The position numbers were made by a program, and so were the translations under genes. The notes under the pieces are model-generated. The model made no database searches. It was not told where the DNA came from and saw nothing but the letters and a program-made list of their open reading frames with translations. A DNA stretch of 64,000 bases from Candidatus Cybelea sp. (GTDB taxonomy: Bacteria; Vulcanimicrobiota; Vulcanimicrobiia; Vulcanimicrobiales; Vulcanimicrobiaceae): positions 15,528 to 79,527 of the forward strand of contig JBAUYZ010000068.1 of the NCBI GenBank assembly GCA_049585055.1, in the 5' to 3' direction. Shown in pieces: positions 53,926 through 62,588 of this stretch (position 1 is its first letter; every line of letters starts with the position of its first letter).

Positions 53926-54792
53926 ATGAAGATTCGCATCGTGCCCGCGCGGCAATTACTCGAAGGCGGCGGCTTCGTCGTCCATCGCCCGTTCCCGGTC
54001 GACGGCCTCTCGTACGTCGATCCGTTTCTCTTGGTCGACGAGATGGGACCGGCGGAGTACGGCCCCGGTGAGGCAATCGGAGCTCCGGACCACCCGCATC
54101 GCGGCTTCGAAACGGTGACGTACATGATCGACGGCGCGATGCAGCACGAGGATTCGCACGGACATCGCGGTGAGATCCGCAGCGGAGACGTGCAGTGGAT
54201 GACGGCGGGCGCGGGCGTGGTTCATTCGGAGATGCCGGCGCCAGACATCCTCGAGCGGGGCGGGAAGATGCACGGCTTTCAGATTTGGGTGAATCTTCCG
54301 AGAGAGCGGAAGATGGCGCAGCCGCGTTATCAGGAGTACGCCAGCGCGCAGCTCCCGGAATACCGGCAAGGCGGGCGCTGGGTGCGCGTGATCGCCGGGG
54401 AAGCCGACGGACGCCGCTCGCCGATCGAGACGAGCATTCCGACGACGATGCTGCACGTGCGGCTCGATGCCGGAAGCTCGGCCTCGTTTGCGATCGCGCC
54501 GGGCTCGAACGCAATCGTCCACGTGATCTCCGGCGCCGGAACGGTGTCGAACGACGAGGTGAGCGCGCACGAGGTGGCGATCGTCGAAGATTCGCCGGCG
54601 CAGCTCGAGCTTGCGGCGGGCCAGGACGGTTTCGAGTTTCTGCTGTTGGCGGGCCTGCCGATCGGCGAACCGGTTGCGAGATACGGACCATTCGTGATGA
54701 ACACTGTCGACGAGGTGAGGCGCGCGTTTGACGATTTTCACGCGGGGCGGTTTGGTGAAATCGGGACGTCTGCCCCGGGAGCGCCGTCGTGA
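53926..54792 (+). CDS. pirin-family protein
   Basis: Motifs HPHRGFETVTYMIDG and GDVQWMTAGAGVVHSEMP are present. The ATG at 53926 gives MKIRIVPARQ. Confidence 0.9.
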   Translation: MKIRIVPARQLLEGGGFVVHRPFPVDGLSYVDPFLLVDEMGPAEYGPGEAIGAPDHPHRGFETVTYMIDGAMQHEDSHGHRGEIRSGDVQWMTAGAGVVHSEMPAPDILERGGKMHGFQIWVNLPRERKMAQPRYQEYASAQLPEYRQGGRWVRVIAGEADGRRSPIETSIPTTMLHVRLDAGSSASFAIAPGSNAIVHVISGAGTVSNDEVSAHEVAIVEDSPAQLELAAGQDGFEFLLLAGLPIGEPVARYGPFVMNTVDEVRRAFDDFHAGRFGEIGTSAPGAPS

Positions 54793-54837
54793 GCCGCAGA
54801 GGCTAACGCATGGCCGCTCCGAAGCAATTCGGCGACG

Positions 54838-55233
54838 ATGCGGCGACAGTGGAGATTCGACCCGTGCGCCTCCGAAGCGGCCGATCGAGTTCGCTCGGAG
54901 ATCCGGCAGGCCCTGGAGACCCACGAGCGCGAGGACGCGATCGTGCGCTTGGACATCATCTACGCAGAGATCGTTTCCAATGCGGTTCGCCACGCGCCGG
55001 GCGTATTGGAAGTGCGCGTAGAGTGTGGGGCGCGCGGCGGCGACGTGACGCTGCACGTGATGGATCGTGGACCGGGATATCGCGTAAACCCGAGGCTTCC
55101 CAGCGATCTCTTTAGCGAGACCGGACGCGGCCTCTTCATCATTTCGATGCATGCCGATCACTTCACCGTGGAGCGGCGCCACGGCGGCGGCAGCCACGCG
55201 CGCATTGTGCTGCGGGCGCTTTCGGTCGTGTAA
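54838..55233 (+). CDS. RsbW/SpoIIAB-like anti-sigma-factor kinase (HATPase_c_2)
   Basis: The sequence is IYAEIVSNAVRHAPG...LHVMDRGPGY...TGRGLFIISMHADHFTVE. Confidence 0.7.
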   Translation: MRRQWRFDPCASEAADRVRSEIRQALETHEREDAIVRLDIIYAEIVSNAVRHAPGVLEVRVECGARGGDVTLHVMDRGPGYRVNPRLPSDLFSETGRGLFIISMHADHFTVERRHGGGSHARIVLRALSVV

Positions 55234-55245
55234 AGGAGGGAGTTC

Positions 55246-56127
55246 ATGGATTTCGCCTACCATGTGGTCGACGTCTTTACGACGACGCCAATGCAGGGCA
55301 ACGCGCTCGCCGTATTTCCGGATGCAACCGGAATGGAGAGCGCGACGATGCAGCGCGTCGCTCGCGAGCTCAACCTTTCGGAGACGACGTTCGTCCTTCC
55401 GCGAGAATCGCAGGACGGCGCGACGCGGGTGAGGATCTTTACGCCGGCCGCGGAGCTGCGGTTTGCGGGCCACCCGACGATCGGCACGGCCTTCGTGATG
55501 CGCCGGCTCGGCATCGTCGACCGGCACGTCGAGTCGTTCGCGTTGAACGAGAACGTGGGGCGCGTGCCGATTCGCGTCGACGCGGGCGAAGACCCGATTC
55601 TGTGGCTGACGACGCCGCCGATTCGGAAGCTTGCGGAGTTTTCGCGCGATCGCTGCGCCAGGGCGCTGAGCTTGAGCCCCGACCGGCTGGCGGCGGGCGT
55701 TCCGTGCGAACAGCTCTCGGCGGGAAGCCCGCTGATCTTCGTGGCGGTCAAGGATCGCGCGGCCGTCGACGCAGCGCAGCTCGATGGTGCCGTGTACACG
55801 GATTTGCTGCGAGCATCGAGAGAGGCCACGTCGATCTTCGTCTTCGCAGCGACCGAGCACGGCGCGTACTCGCGCATGTTCGCACCGCAGTTCGGCATTA
55901 TCGAGGATCCTGCGACGGGAGGCGCGACCGGGCCGCTCGCGGCCTTTATGATGAAGCACGGCATCGTCGGGAGCGCAGACGGGACCAAGTTCGTCAGCGA
56001 GCAGGGAGTGAAGATGGGGCGCCGCAGCCTGCTGCACGTGTTCGTCCACGGCGAGAGCGGACGCGACGGGATCGAAGTCGGCGGGAACGTGGTGCACGTC
56101 GCCGAGGGGACGATGCGGCTGCCATGA
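55246..56127 (+). CDS. PhzF-family isomerase
   Basis: The sequence is HVVDVFTTTPMQGNALAVFPDA...RELNLSETTFV...FAGHPTIG. Confidence 0.88.
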   Translation: MDFAYHVVDVFTTTPMQGNALAVFPDATGMESATMQRVARELNLSETTFVLPRESQDGATRVRIFTPAAELRFAGHPTIGTAFVMRRLGIVDRHVESFALNENVGRVPIRVDAGEDPILWLTTPPIRKLAEFSRDRCARALSLSPDRLAAGVPCEQLSAGSPLIFVAVKDRAAVDAAQLDGAVYTDLLRASREATSIFVFAATEHGAYSRMFAPQFGIIEDPATGGATGPLAAFMMKHGIVGSADGTKFVSEQGVKMGRRSLLHVFVHGESGRDGIEVGGNVVHVAEGTMRLP

Positions 56128-57449
56128 TCGCGGTTGTCGCTCTCGTAGCCGCCGTAGCTTCGCCGGTGCAGAGCGGCGAGTGGGCCGGATACATGCAACG
56201 CGGCGCATCACGGCTGCAAGTTACGATCGAAATGCCGTCCGGGGAAACGGCCTCGGCGTTCTTCTCGGCGCCCGCCCTTGGGGCGATCGAGATACCGTTA
56301 CGCAACGTAACGCTGAGGCAAAGCGTGCATTGGGAGCTGACCGGCGATACATCGACGACTGAGTTCGACGGCACGGTAAACGGCACGACGATCACGGGGA
56401 CGTTCCGCGATCCGGCGGGTAATGGGAGCTTCTTGCTGCAGCTCGCGTCTTTGTCGACCGAGAAGCCTTACCAAAAGCAGGAAGTGAATTTTCAAAACGG
56501 GCCGGTTACTCTCGCCGGAACCGTCTATGCACCGAAGGGCACCGGGAAGCATCCGGCGATGATCTTCGTTCACGGGTCGGGTGCCGAAGGGCGCTGGGGC
56601 GCGGCCTATTTGGCCGATTACGTCGCAAGACGCGGAATCGTGGCGCTAATTTATGACAAGCGCGGCGTCGGCGCCTCGACGGGCGATTGGCGTGCTTCGA
56701 CGATGGAGGACCTTATCGGTGACGCGCGCGCCGGCGTTGCCCTCCTGGCGCGCCGCGCGGACGTCGACCAGAATAACATCGGCGTGTACGGTCACAGTCA
56801 AGGCAGTACCATAGCGCCCGCAATTGCGCAAAACAATCCCAACGTCGCATGGATCATCGCCGCCGACGGTTACGTCGGGCCCAACTACCAACAGGATCTC
56901 TATCGCGTCGATCGCATGCTTTCGAAGCGCTACTCCGGTACGGACCTTGCGCAGGCGGAGCGCGTCTACGCGGAGATGGTGGATCTCGCGCGTTCCGGCG
57001 CGTCACTGCAGCCCCTGTACTCCGACGTGCAACGATACAAGAACGCGCCCTGGCTCGCGGACCTCGGCATTCCGTCGGAGGACAACTGGGTGTGGGCTTG
57101 GTATCGCAAAACCGGCAACTACAACAACCAATCCGCGTGGGCCACCGTCCGCGTTCCCGTGCTGATCATCTTCGGCGCCGACGACCAACTCGTTCCCCTG
57201 CAAAGCATCGCCGCGACGACTGCGATCTTACGGGAGAACGGCGACCGCAACGTTCTCGTGCACGTCTTTCCAAAAGCCGACCACACGTTGCACGTTCCGC
57301 CTGCATCCTCGTCAGGATGGCCGAGCCTCCCCGATGGCTTTCCACAGATCATTGTGGATTTCGCAACGCACGCTTCGGCCGCGACCTCGTCAGTGCCGGC
57401 TCTTGGCGCAGGTTACGCCGTCGCCCGCGGCTACGCAGAGCTCGCATGA
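56124..57449 (+). CDS. alpha/beta hydrolase (S9/dienelactone-hydrolase-like)
   Basis: ATGA overlap with phzF. Motifs HGSGAEGR, the nucleophile elbow GHSQGS and a late DH are present. The track ORF 55602-57449 is an artefactual 5' extension. Confidence 0.8.
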   Translation: MIAVVALVAAVASPVQSGEWAGYMQRGASRLQVTIEMPSGETASAFFSAPALGAIEIPLRNVTLRQSVHWELTGDTSTTEFDGTVNGTTITGTFRDPAGNGSFLLQLASLSTEKPYQKQEVNFQNGPVTLAGTVYAPKGTGKHPAMIFVHGSGAEGRWGAAYLADYVARRGIVALIYDKRGVGASTGDWRASTMEDLIGDARAGVALLARRADVDQNNIGVYGHSQGSTIAPAIAQNNPNVAWIIAADGYVGPNYQQDLYRVDRMLSKRYSGTDLAQAERVYAEMVDLARSGASLQPLYSDVQRYKNAPWLADLGIPSEDNWVWAWYRKTGNYNNQSAWATVRVPVLIIFGADDQLVPLQSIAATTAILRENGDRNVLVHVFPKADHTLHVPPASSSGWPSLPDGFPQIIVDFATHASAATSSVPALGAGYAVARGYAELA

Positions 57450-57785
57450 CGCTGAAATCGTTAAAGCCGCTCAACCTCCTTGGGATGCCGATATGGGCAG
57501 GCCTACCGAGGATTTGTTTTGCGATCGTTGCCGTGCGCATTGGATCCGACGGGTCGATTGAGAACGCGCAGATTTTTCGCTCCAGCGGCGACCTCCATTT
57601 TGACCAGTCTTTTAGTTCGGGCTGCGCGTCACTCGACTTACAAAGCCAAAGTGAGCGGTTGCAAACCTGTTGAAAACACGATTCTTTTTAAGACGAGCCT
57701 TACCGGAGGTTATGCGCCCGGTCCCAATGATAAGCCGACGCCTCCGCGTTGGCTGGCCGACCTCACCCCATCCCCGCCTCCCTAA
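57446..57785 (+). pseudogene. frameshifted TonB C-terminal-domain remnant
   Basis: Frame 1 reads VAVRIGSDGSIENAQIFRSSGDLHFDQ. Frame 2 continues AARHSTYKAKVSGCKPVENTILFKTSL. Together they resemble a TonB_C domain split by a frameshift. Confidence 0.4.
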
Positions 57786-57815
57786 GCATTCCGCGGCGAA
57801 ATCCAAATGCAGCGG

Positions 57816-58238
57816 CTAGTGGGGATTAGCATTCGGCGCCTTTGAACGTCGCAGGTTCCATAACCCGTGCGCTGAGACGATAGCGGAGAAGACGGAGGTC
57901 ACGGCGAGCGCGAGGAGAGTCCAAACGAAGAAGAACGCTCCACTGGACTCAGCGAGCGTGCCGGCCAGTCCTCCTGCTCTGTTCACGTGAACGGTGAAAA
58001 CCACCATGCCCGCGAGCGATCCGAGGAGCATGATCGCGTACCCCGACCGCCGCTCGGCGAGCACCAGCGCCCCGTATAGCCAGATGACGAGGATAGCGAT
58101 TACCACGACGTTTGAGACCGGTGACCTATCGGTGCCATAGACGATGTCATCCGTCAAGTGAAGGGAGAGGAGGATGATCGAGAGCAGAGACATGATGGTT
58201 AAGAGATTGTTGCGCTTCATACGGGATAAGATTAGCAT
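57816..58238 (-). CDS. hypothetical 4-TM membrane protein
   Basis: A 140-aa hydrophobic ORF in a lower-GC stretch. Confidence 0.5.
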   Translation of the reverse strand: MLILSRMKRNNLLTIMSLLSIILLSLHLTDDIVYGTDRSPVSNVVVIAILVIWLYGALVLAERRSGYAIMLLGSLAGMVVFTVHVNRAGGLAGTLAESSGAFFFVWTLLALAVTSVFSAIVSAHGLWNLRRSKAPNANPH

Positions 58239-58331
58239 ATTTTAGCTGCGGACTTTTTCACCCCATTTGCGATCGGATACGCGCTCTTGAGCCGGTCGCG
58301 GTTCTCCTCACCAAGTGGAGAGTGTACGGAC

Positions 58332-58613
58332 TCAGGCGGGGACGTCTTCATCATCGACACGGGGCAGCTCAGATCTGGGAGTATGGTCACGGCGCGAAAA
58401 GCCCGAAGAACATCCTGGACGATAGTCTAAGATGTACGTGTTGCCCGTCGTCACGACGTAGAGCAGGTCGCCACTTGACCCCGACGGTTGATGTGCTCGG
58501 CTTTGCGTTGACGTGGCCGGCGGTACGGCATCGCTCTGCGTCCCGCCACATCCGGCGAGAAGCGCGACGCTGAGGGCAGTTACTAGGCCCCGGATGATCG
58601 ACGCTGATCGCAT
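58332..58613 (-). pseudogene. N-terminal fragment of a family-A lipoprotein
   Basis: The sequence LSVALLAGCGGTQS...SSGDLLYVVTTGNTYILDYRPG then diverges and stops after 93 aa. Confidence 0.5.
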
Positions 58614-58724
58614 GGTATCGCTCCTACGGCCTCCCGTTGAATGCCGCTAAGCATCTGTGCGGGGGCTTGAGCCTGAATCCCGAACGGTCTAAGCCGGTGC
58701 GGTTGCATCAGAGGAGTAAGGCAG

Positions 58725-59726
58725 ATCAGGAGCTTGGATTTTGGGCGCTGCATATGCGGCTTTGCTGCTGCGGCGATGCTTGCCGGTTGCGGTGGATTGC
58801 AGGCGCCGATAAACGTGCCGGGCGCGATGCCGCAAAGCCGGACGGTCGCACATCGCGCCGGGCGCGCCGGATCGTGGATGGCGCTGGAAGCGAAGGGCGA
58901 GGACCTGATTTATCTTTCCGAATACGCGAGCGGCACCAACGCGGTCTACGTTTATGCGTATCATTCGGGTAAGTTTGTAGGACAACTCACCGGATTCGAC
59001 ACGGCCCAGGGGCTGTGTGTTGATCGAGCCGGGGACGTCTTCGTGACTGAATTATATGGTCAGGATATCGTCAAATATGCGCATGGAGGCACGAAGCCTA
59101 AGGCACGTTTGAAAGATGCAGGTTTCGCTCCGGGTGCGTGTGACGTTGATCCGACAACTGGTGACCTCGCAGTGGCGAACTATTGCGGACAATCCGTTTC
59201 CGATTGCATTGGATCAAACGCTGGGGATCTCGTCGTCTACCCGAAAGCGCGAGGGACGCCCGAAAGCTATCACAATAAGGCCGTGTCGACTTATTTGTTC
59301 TGTGGGTACGACTCGATGGGAAACCTTTACGCTGATGGCGGCGGATCACCGGGCTATCCCGGATTCGAATTTGTAGGCCTCCGCCACCGAACCAAGAAGC
59401 TGCGTACCATTACGCTGGATCAGAGTATTTCGGGGACGGGAGGCGTTCAATGGGACGGATCTCATGTGGTGGTCGGTGACGCTTCGTATCGAATCCTCTA
59501 TCAGTTTTCGATCAATGGATCGAGGGGAACCAAGATCGGTTCGACTACTCTTCGGAATACTTCATTCGAGCAGTTTTGGATCACCCAAAACAAAGTGCTG
59601 TCGACGGCTGCTACGTACCGCAGGTCCTGGGTTCAGTTCTTCGACTATCCAGCGGGCGGCGATTACACAGGGCGATTCAACGCCCATCGCGCCTACGGGA
59701 TTACGGTTAGTCGCGCAGGGCGCTGA
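58725..59726 (+). CDS. family-A propeller-like lipoprotein (copy A9) with a non-canonical start
   Basis: Hallmarks FAAAAMLAGCGGLQAPINVPGAMPQ, KYAHGGTKP...CDVDPTTGDLAV and FDYPAGG are present. ATC occupies the position where copy A4 has ATG, 8 nt after GAGGAG. The next candidate start is TTG at 58734. Confidence 0.7.
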   Translation: MRSLDFGRCICGFAAAAMLAGCGGLQAPINVPGAMPQSRTVAHRAGRAGSWMALEAKGEDLIYLSEYASGTNAVYVYAYHSGKFVGQLTGFDTAQGLCVDRAGDVFVTELYGQDIVKYAHGGTKPKARLKDAGFAPGACDVDPTTGDLAVANYCGQSVSDCIGSNAGDLVVYPKARGTPESYHNKAVSTYLFCGYDSMGNLYADGGGSPGYPGFEFVGLRHRTKKLRTITLDQSISGTGGVQWDGSHVVVGDASYRILYQFSINGSRGTKIGSTTLRNTSFEQFWITQNKVLSTAATYRRSWVQFFDYPAGGDYTGRFNAHRAYGITVSRAGR

Positions 59727-59814
59727 TTGTCGAGGCCCCACGCTCACGCTGATGGCAACGTGATCAAGACGGTCAAGGATTTGGCAGTGCTGTAAATGGC
59801 GAGATGGTTACAAT

Positions 59815-59848
59815 AATGAGAGGCGACGCATATGCGCCGCCTCTCATT
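59815..59848. repeat. 34-nt near-perfect palindrome
   Basis: AATGAGAGGCG-a-CGCATATGCG-c-CGCCTCTCATT. No T-tract follows it. Confidence 0.8.
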
Positions 59849-59861
59849 ACTTAACGGTTAC

Positions 59862-59940
59862 GCTCCGCGTTTTTATTGACGATCTTGGCTACCTGCCGTT
59901 CTCACTGGAGGAGGCCAGCTACTTCTTCTTAGCAGAGCGC
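59862..59940 (+). mobile_element. short remnant resembling the IS21-family IstB Walker-B region
   Basis: It translates to RVFIDDLGYLPFSLEEASYFF, compared with the IstB pattern LLI(L/I)DELGYLPF. Only about 25 codons remain and no intact transposase is present. Confidence 0.35.
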
Positions 59941-60154
59941 GCCTGGAAATCTGGCGCGCTTTTGCTACTCGGCGGCATGCGTGGACGGGACCTCGGGCTC
60001 GATTCTCGGCGCTCTCGGGAGAAACGATGTCGGACAGCGAATCGACCTGGCCAAGGGACGGCGTTTGTTAATGAGAAGAGCAGGGTGCAAGGCAATGCGA
60101 CGAATCTTTAACAATATGAGCCGGAGACAATCGTCGGGTAAGTCGTAGGGCGCT

Positions 60155-61882
60155 ATGGCCTTTGAGGATGATAACCCCACGATCGACTGCGCGTACTGCG
60201 GTCATAAGATAAGCGCTCAGGCTCGCTTCTGTAGGCGCTGTGGCAACGCGACGAACAGCGCGCCTCCAACTTGTGCGAAGTGCGGCGCTGTCGCTGAGGC
60301 CACCGATGCCCGCTTTTGCTCAGAATGCGGTGCCGCGCTGCATTCGTCGGTGCCAGACTCTGAAACGAGGCCATTGATTGTAGCGACGCCGGTTCGAAGA
60401 AGCGCGCCCGCCGAGCCCCTGCCGATCTCCTCGCTATCGCCCGCACCGCCAAAGTACAACCTTTGGCTGTGGGTTCTCGCCTTAGTCATCGTTGCTGCTG
60501 GCGCTTTCGCTGCCACACACACCGACAAAGTCGCGGCTTGGTTACACGCCCCTAGCGGTCAACAAGCGCGCGTCAACCAAAAAAGCCCAGCGGCGATGCG
60601 GGCTGCAGTACAGAGTTTCTATAACGCGATAAACCACAGGGACTTCCAGCGCGCATATTCGCTGGTATCCCAGTCGTTTCGTGCGTTCAAGCCGTACGAC
60701 CAATTTGTTGAAGGTTACTTCGCGACTCAAAGCATTAGCATCTCAACCGGCACGCCTACTGGCGATTTTGTGCCGACTACCATTAATGCTACGGATAAAG
60801 CCCCAAGTGGAACGAGATCACGAACTTTCGAGGGCGGTTGGCATGTCATTTGGAGCAATGGGAGCTATCGTCTCGACAGTGGCGCATTCCGCACCGTGGC
60901 TGACACGGCGCCACAACCTACGTCCTCGGGCGTTGAAGGAGCCACGAATAAGACGGGTCTGACGTTAGGTAGTGCTGGCGACGAATCCGTAGCTATGGTT
61001 GCGACACCGGATACGGAATGTGCCGTGCTTAAAGAGTTGGTGGTGCTCCACGATGAATTCGCGAACGGTTCTATCGATGAGCAAACGGCCTCACGACGCC
61101 TGCGTAGCGTTCCAGGATACGCCGAAGTGAAAGCTGGCTCAAGCATTGAGCGGACGGGGCCGGAGACAAGCATCACGTGCGCTGGCATGGAAGGGATACC
61201 GCTGGAACTCGTGCCCGTCCGAGTTCTTGACGGACCGCAGGCAGGCACTAGCGGATTTGCGGTGCCTGCGAATATACAAACCCACAACGACGGCTTGGGC
61301 AGCAGTTCTGAAGCGATCAACGCCGCTGTCTCTACAGAGAGCGCTACTCCGCAGAGTGCGTCGCAAGGTGCATCTACCGGAGCTAACAGCAATTGCCCGG
61401 AGCAGCAGCATATTAAAGACTTCATCCTCGACCACCCGCCCGTTCCGGCGCCACCGTCCGACACCGGGCTCGGCTACTTCGCACAGCGGGTGTCTCAACT
61501 AAGCGTCGCACAACAGCAGATTGTGTACCAGCGGTCCGTAGCCTATAACCCCTTGTCGGCTACGGGGGATGACATCGTTAAGGTGCTTGCAAACCACTGC
61601 AGACTTGCGGATCTGGAGTCGCTCGCCGGGCGGACGAAGAACCCGACGGCGGCCTGGAAAACCGCCGACTATGCGCCCAACGTGCAAAACGCGGACGATG
61701 TGAGTAAGGCGTCTGCTGACTTGGTCGGTGGAGAGATGGCGGCTGAACTCGCGGTCGAAGCCCGCGGTCTTGTCAGCGAAGTCGTCGTAGAACGCCTGTA
61801 CGCTGCATTTGAACCCGTGATTCCACTTTCAACTATTCCGATGAAGTTCAGGGAGGGTTCGGTCACAGCGCTTACGCGCTAA
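60155..61882 (+). CDS. double zinc-ribbon, single-pass membrane protein with a large C-terminal domain
   Basis: Two CxxC...CxxC ribbons are present (CAYCGHKISAQARFCRRCG and CAKCGAVAEATDARFCSECG). One TM segment (LWLWVLALVIVAAGAFAA) follows, then a roughly 430-aa domain with no motif I recognise. Confidence 0.7.
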   Translation: MAFEDDNPTIDCAYCGHKISAQARFCRRCGNATNSAPPTCAKCGAVAEATDARFCSECGAALHSSVPDSETRPLIVATPVRRSAPAEPLPISSLSPAPPKYNLWLWVLALVIVAAGAFAATHTDKVAAWLHAPSGQQARVNQKSPAAMRAAVQSFYNAINHRDFQRAYSLVSQSFRAFKPYDQFVEGYFATQSISISTGTPTGDFVPTTINATDKAPSGTRSRTFEGGWHVIWSNGSYRLDSGAFRTVADTAPQPTSSGVEGATNKTGLTLGSAGDESVAMVATPDTECAVLKELVVLHDEFANGSIDEQTASRRLRSVPGYAEVKAGSSIERTGPETSITCAGMEGIPLELVPVRVLDGPQAGTSGFAVPANIQTHNDGLGSSSEAINAAVSTESATPQSASQGASTGANSNCPEQQHIKDFILDHPPVPAPPSDTGLGYFAQRVSQLSVAQQQIVYQRSVAYNPLSATGDDIVKVLANHCRLADLESLAGRTKNPTAAWKTADYAPNVQNADDVSKASADLVGGEMAAELAVEARGLVSEVVVERLYAAFEPVIPLSTIPMKFREGSVTALTR

Positions 61883-62010
61883 GGACGCCGTTAGACGGGG
61901 CCGCAACAGCAGCGCGCTTGTCGAAGCGTTGCTACCCGTGCGCGAAATCGACTCTCTTCCAGCAACCAAAAAAAGCGCGCATCGCCTTATTTCGCGGGCC
62001 TTTTTAAACT

Positions 62011-62082
62011 TGGGCGGTATAAGGATTGAACTTATGACCTCTTCCGTGTCAAGGAAGCGCTCTCCCACTGAGCTAACCGCCC
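62011..62082 (-). tRNA. tRNA-Val (anticodon GAC)
   Basis: The reverse complement folds as a cloverleaf: GGGCGGT-TA-GCTC-AGTGGGA-GAGC-G-CTTCC-TTGACAC-GGAAG-AGGTC-ATAAG-TTCAATC-CTTAT-ACCGCCC-A. CCA is not encoded. Confidence 0.9.
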
Positions 62083-62135
62083 GAAAACGTTCCACCAGAT
62101 TCGCAGCAGAGCGCCGCGACCCTCCAACCGAGCGT

Positions 62136-62164
62136 TTGACAAGGCAATCTCGGCATGATAGAGT
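62136..62164 (+). promoter_or_regulatory. near-consensus sigma-70 promoter with extended -10
   Basis: TTGACA, a 17-nt spacer ending in TGa, then TAGAGT. Confidence 0.55.
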
Positions 62165-62197
62165 GGCGCGTATTACTCGCTCGTCAAAGGAGGCTCG

Positions 62198-62284
62198 ATG
62201 AACAATATGCGTCAGTTCACCTCCACCACGCCGTTCAACGGTGTGGGGTCGGCGTGCGTTGGACCTTCGTCCTTGAAACCTTAA
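62198..62284 (+). CDS. 28-codon mini-ORF (MNNMRQFTSTTPFNGVGSACVGPSSLKP)
   Basis: AAGGAGG lies 4 nt upstream of the ATG. The ORF sits between a strong promoter and a strong terminator. It is below the track's size cut-off. Confidence 0.4.
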   Translation: MNNMRQFTSTTPFNGVGSACVGPSSLKP

Positions 62285-62315
62285 GTACGGCTCGAGCGGC
62301 GAGCTCGTTAGGACG

Positions 62316-62350
62316 AAGGCCTCCGCGATCGACCGGAGGCCTTTTCATTT
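62316..62350 (+). terminator. intrinsic terminator
   Basis: AAGGCCTCCG-cgatcgac-CGGAGGCCTT followed by TTCATTT. Confidence 0.8.
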
Positions 62351-62385
62351 CTCAATTTCTGCACTCATGCTTATCGAGGTGAATC

Positions 62386-62583
62386 ATGGAACTCTGGCTA
62401 GAGGCCGAGATCCGGATTCGCCGTGACGACGCCTTGGAAAACGCCCGCTGGAGGCGGTCGGCTCGCCTCGCGCGCAGCGGACGAAGTTCAGGGGCCCGCA
62501 CTCGTCTTGCCGACGGTGCGCAGGCGGTGAGTGAAGCGCTGGCAGTGCTGGCGCGCAACTTGCGGAACGGCGAAGCCGCGTAA
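62386..62583 (+). CDS. hypothetical 65-aa Arg/Ala-rich protein
   Basis: An ORF with GAGGTG 4-5 nt upstream. No motif is recognisable. Confidence 0.3.
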   Translation: MELWLEAEIRIRRDDALENARWRRSARLARSGRSSGARTRLADGAQAVSEALAVLARNLRNGEAA

Positions 62584-62588
62584 ACGGC

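Noticed and set aside
53956-56211. A 751-aa minus-strand ORF, the longest in this region.
   Set aside because: It runs antisense to the well-supported pirin, RsbW-like and PhzF genes. Its translation is Arg/Ala/Pro-rich with no motifs. This is the typical shadow ORF seen in GC-rich DNA.
57800-62100. An intact prophage or integrative element at tRNA-Val.
   Set aside because: No integrase, excisionase, phage structural genes or duplicated tRNA 3' end were found. Only decayed fragments are present, so I report it as a possible degraded island only.
62155-62382. A 75-aa plus-strand track ORF spanning the mini-gene and its terminator.
   Set aside because: It starts inside the promoter's -10 region, reads through a strong terminator hairpin and has no RBS. 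The RBS-preceded 28-codon ORF in another frame explains the signals better.
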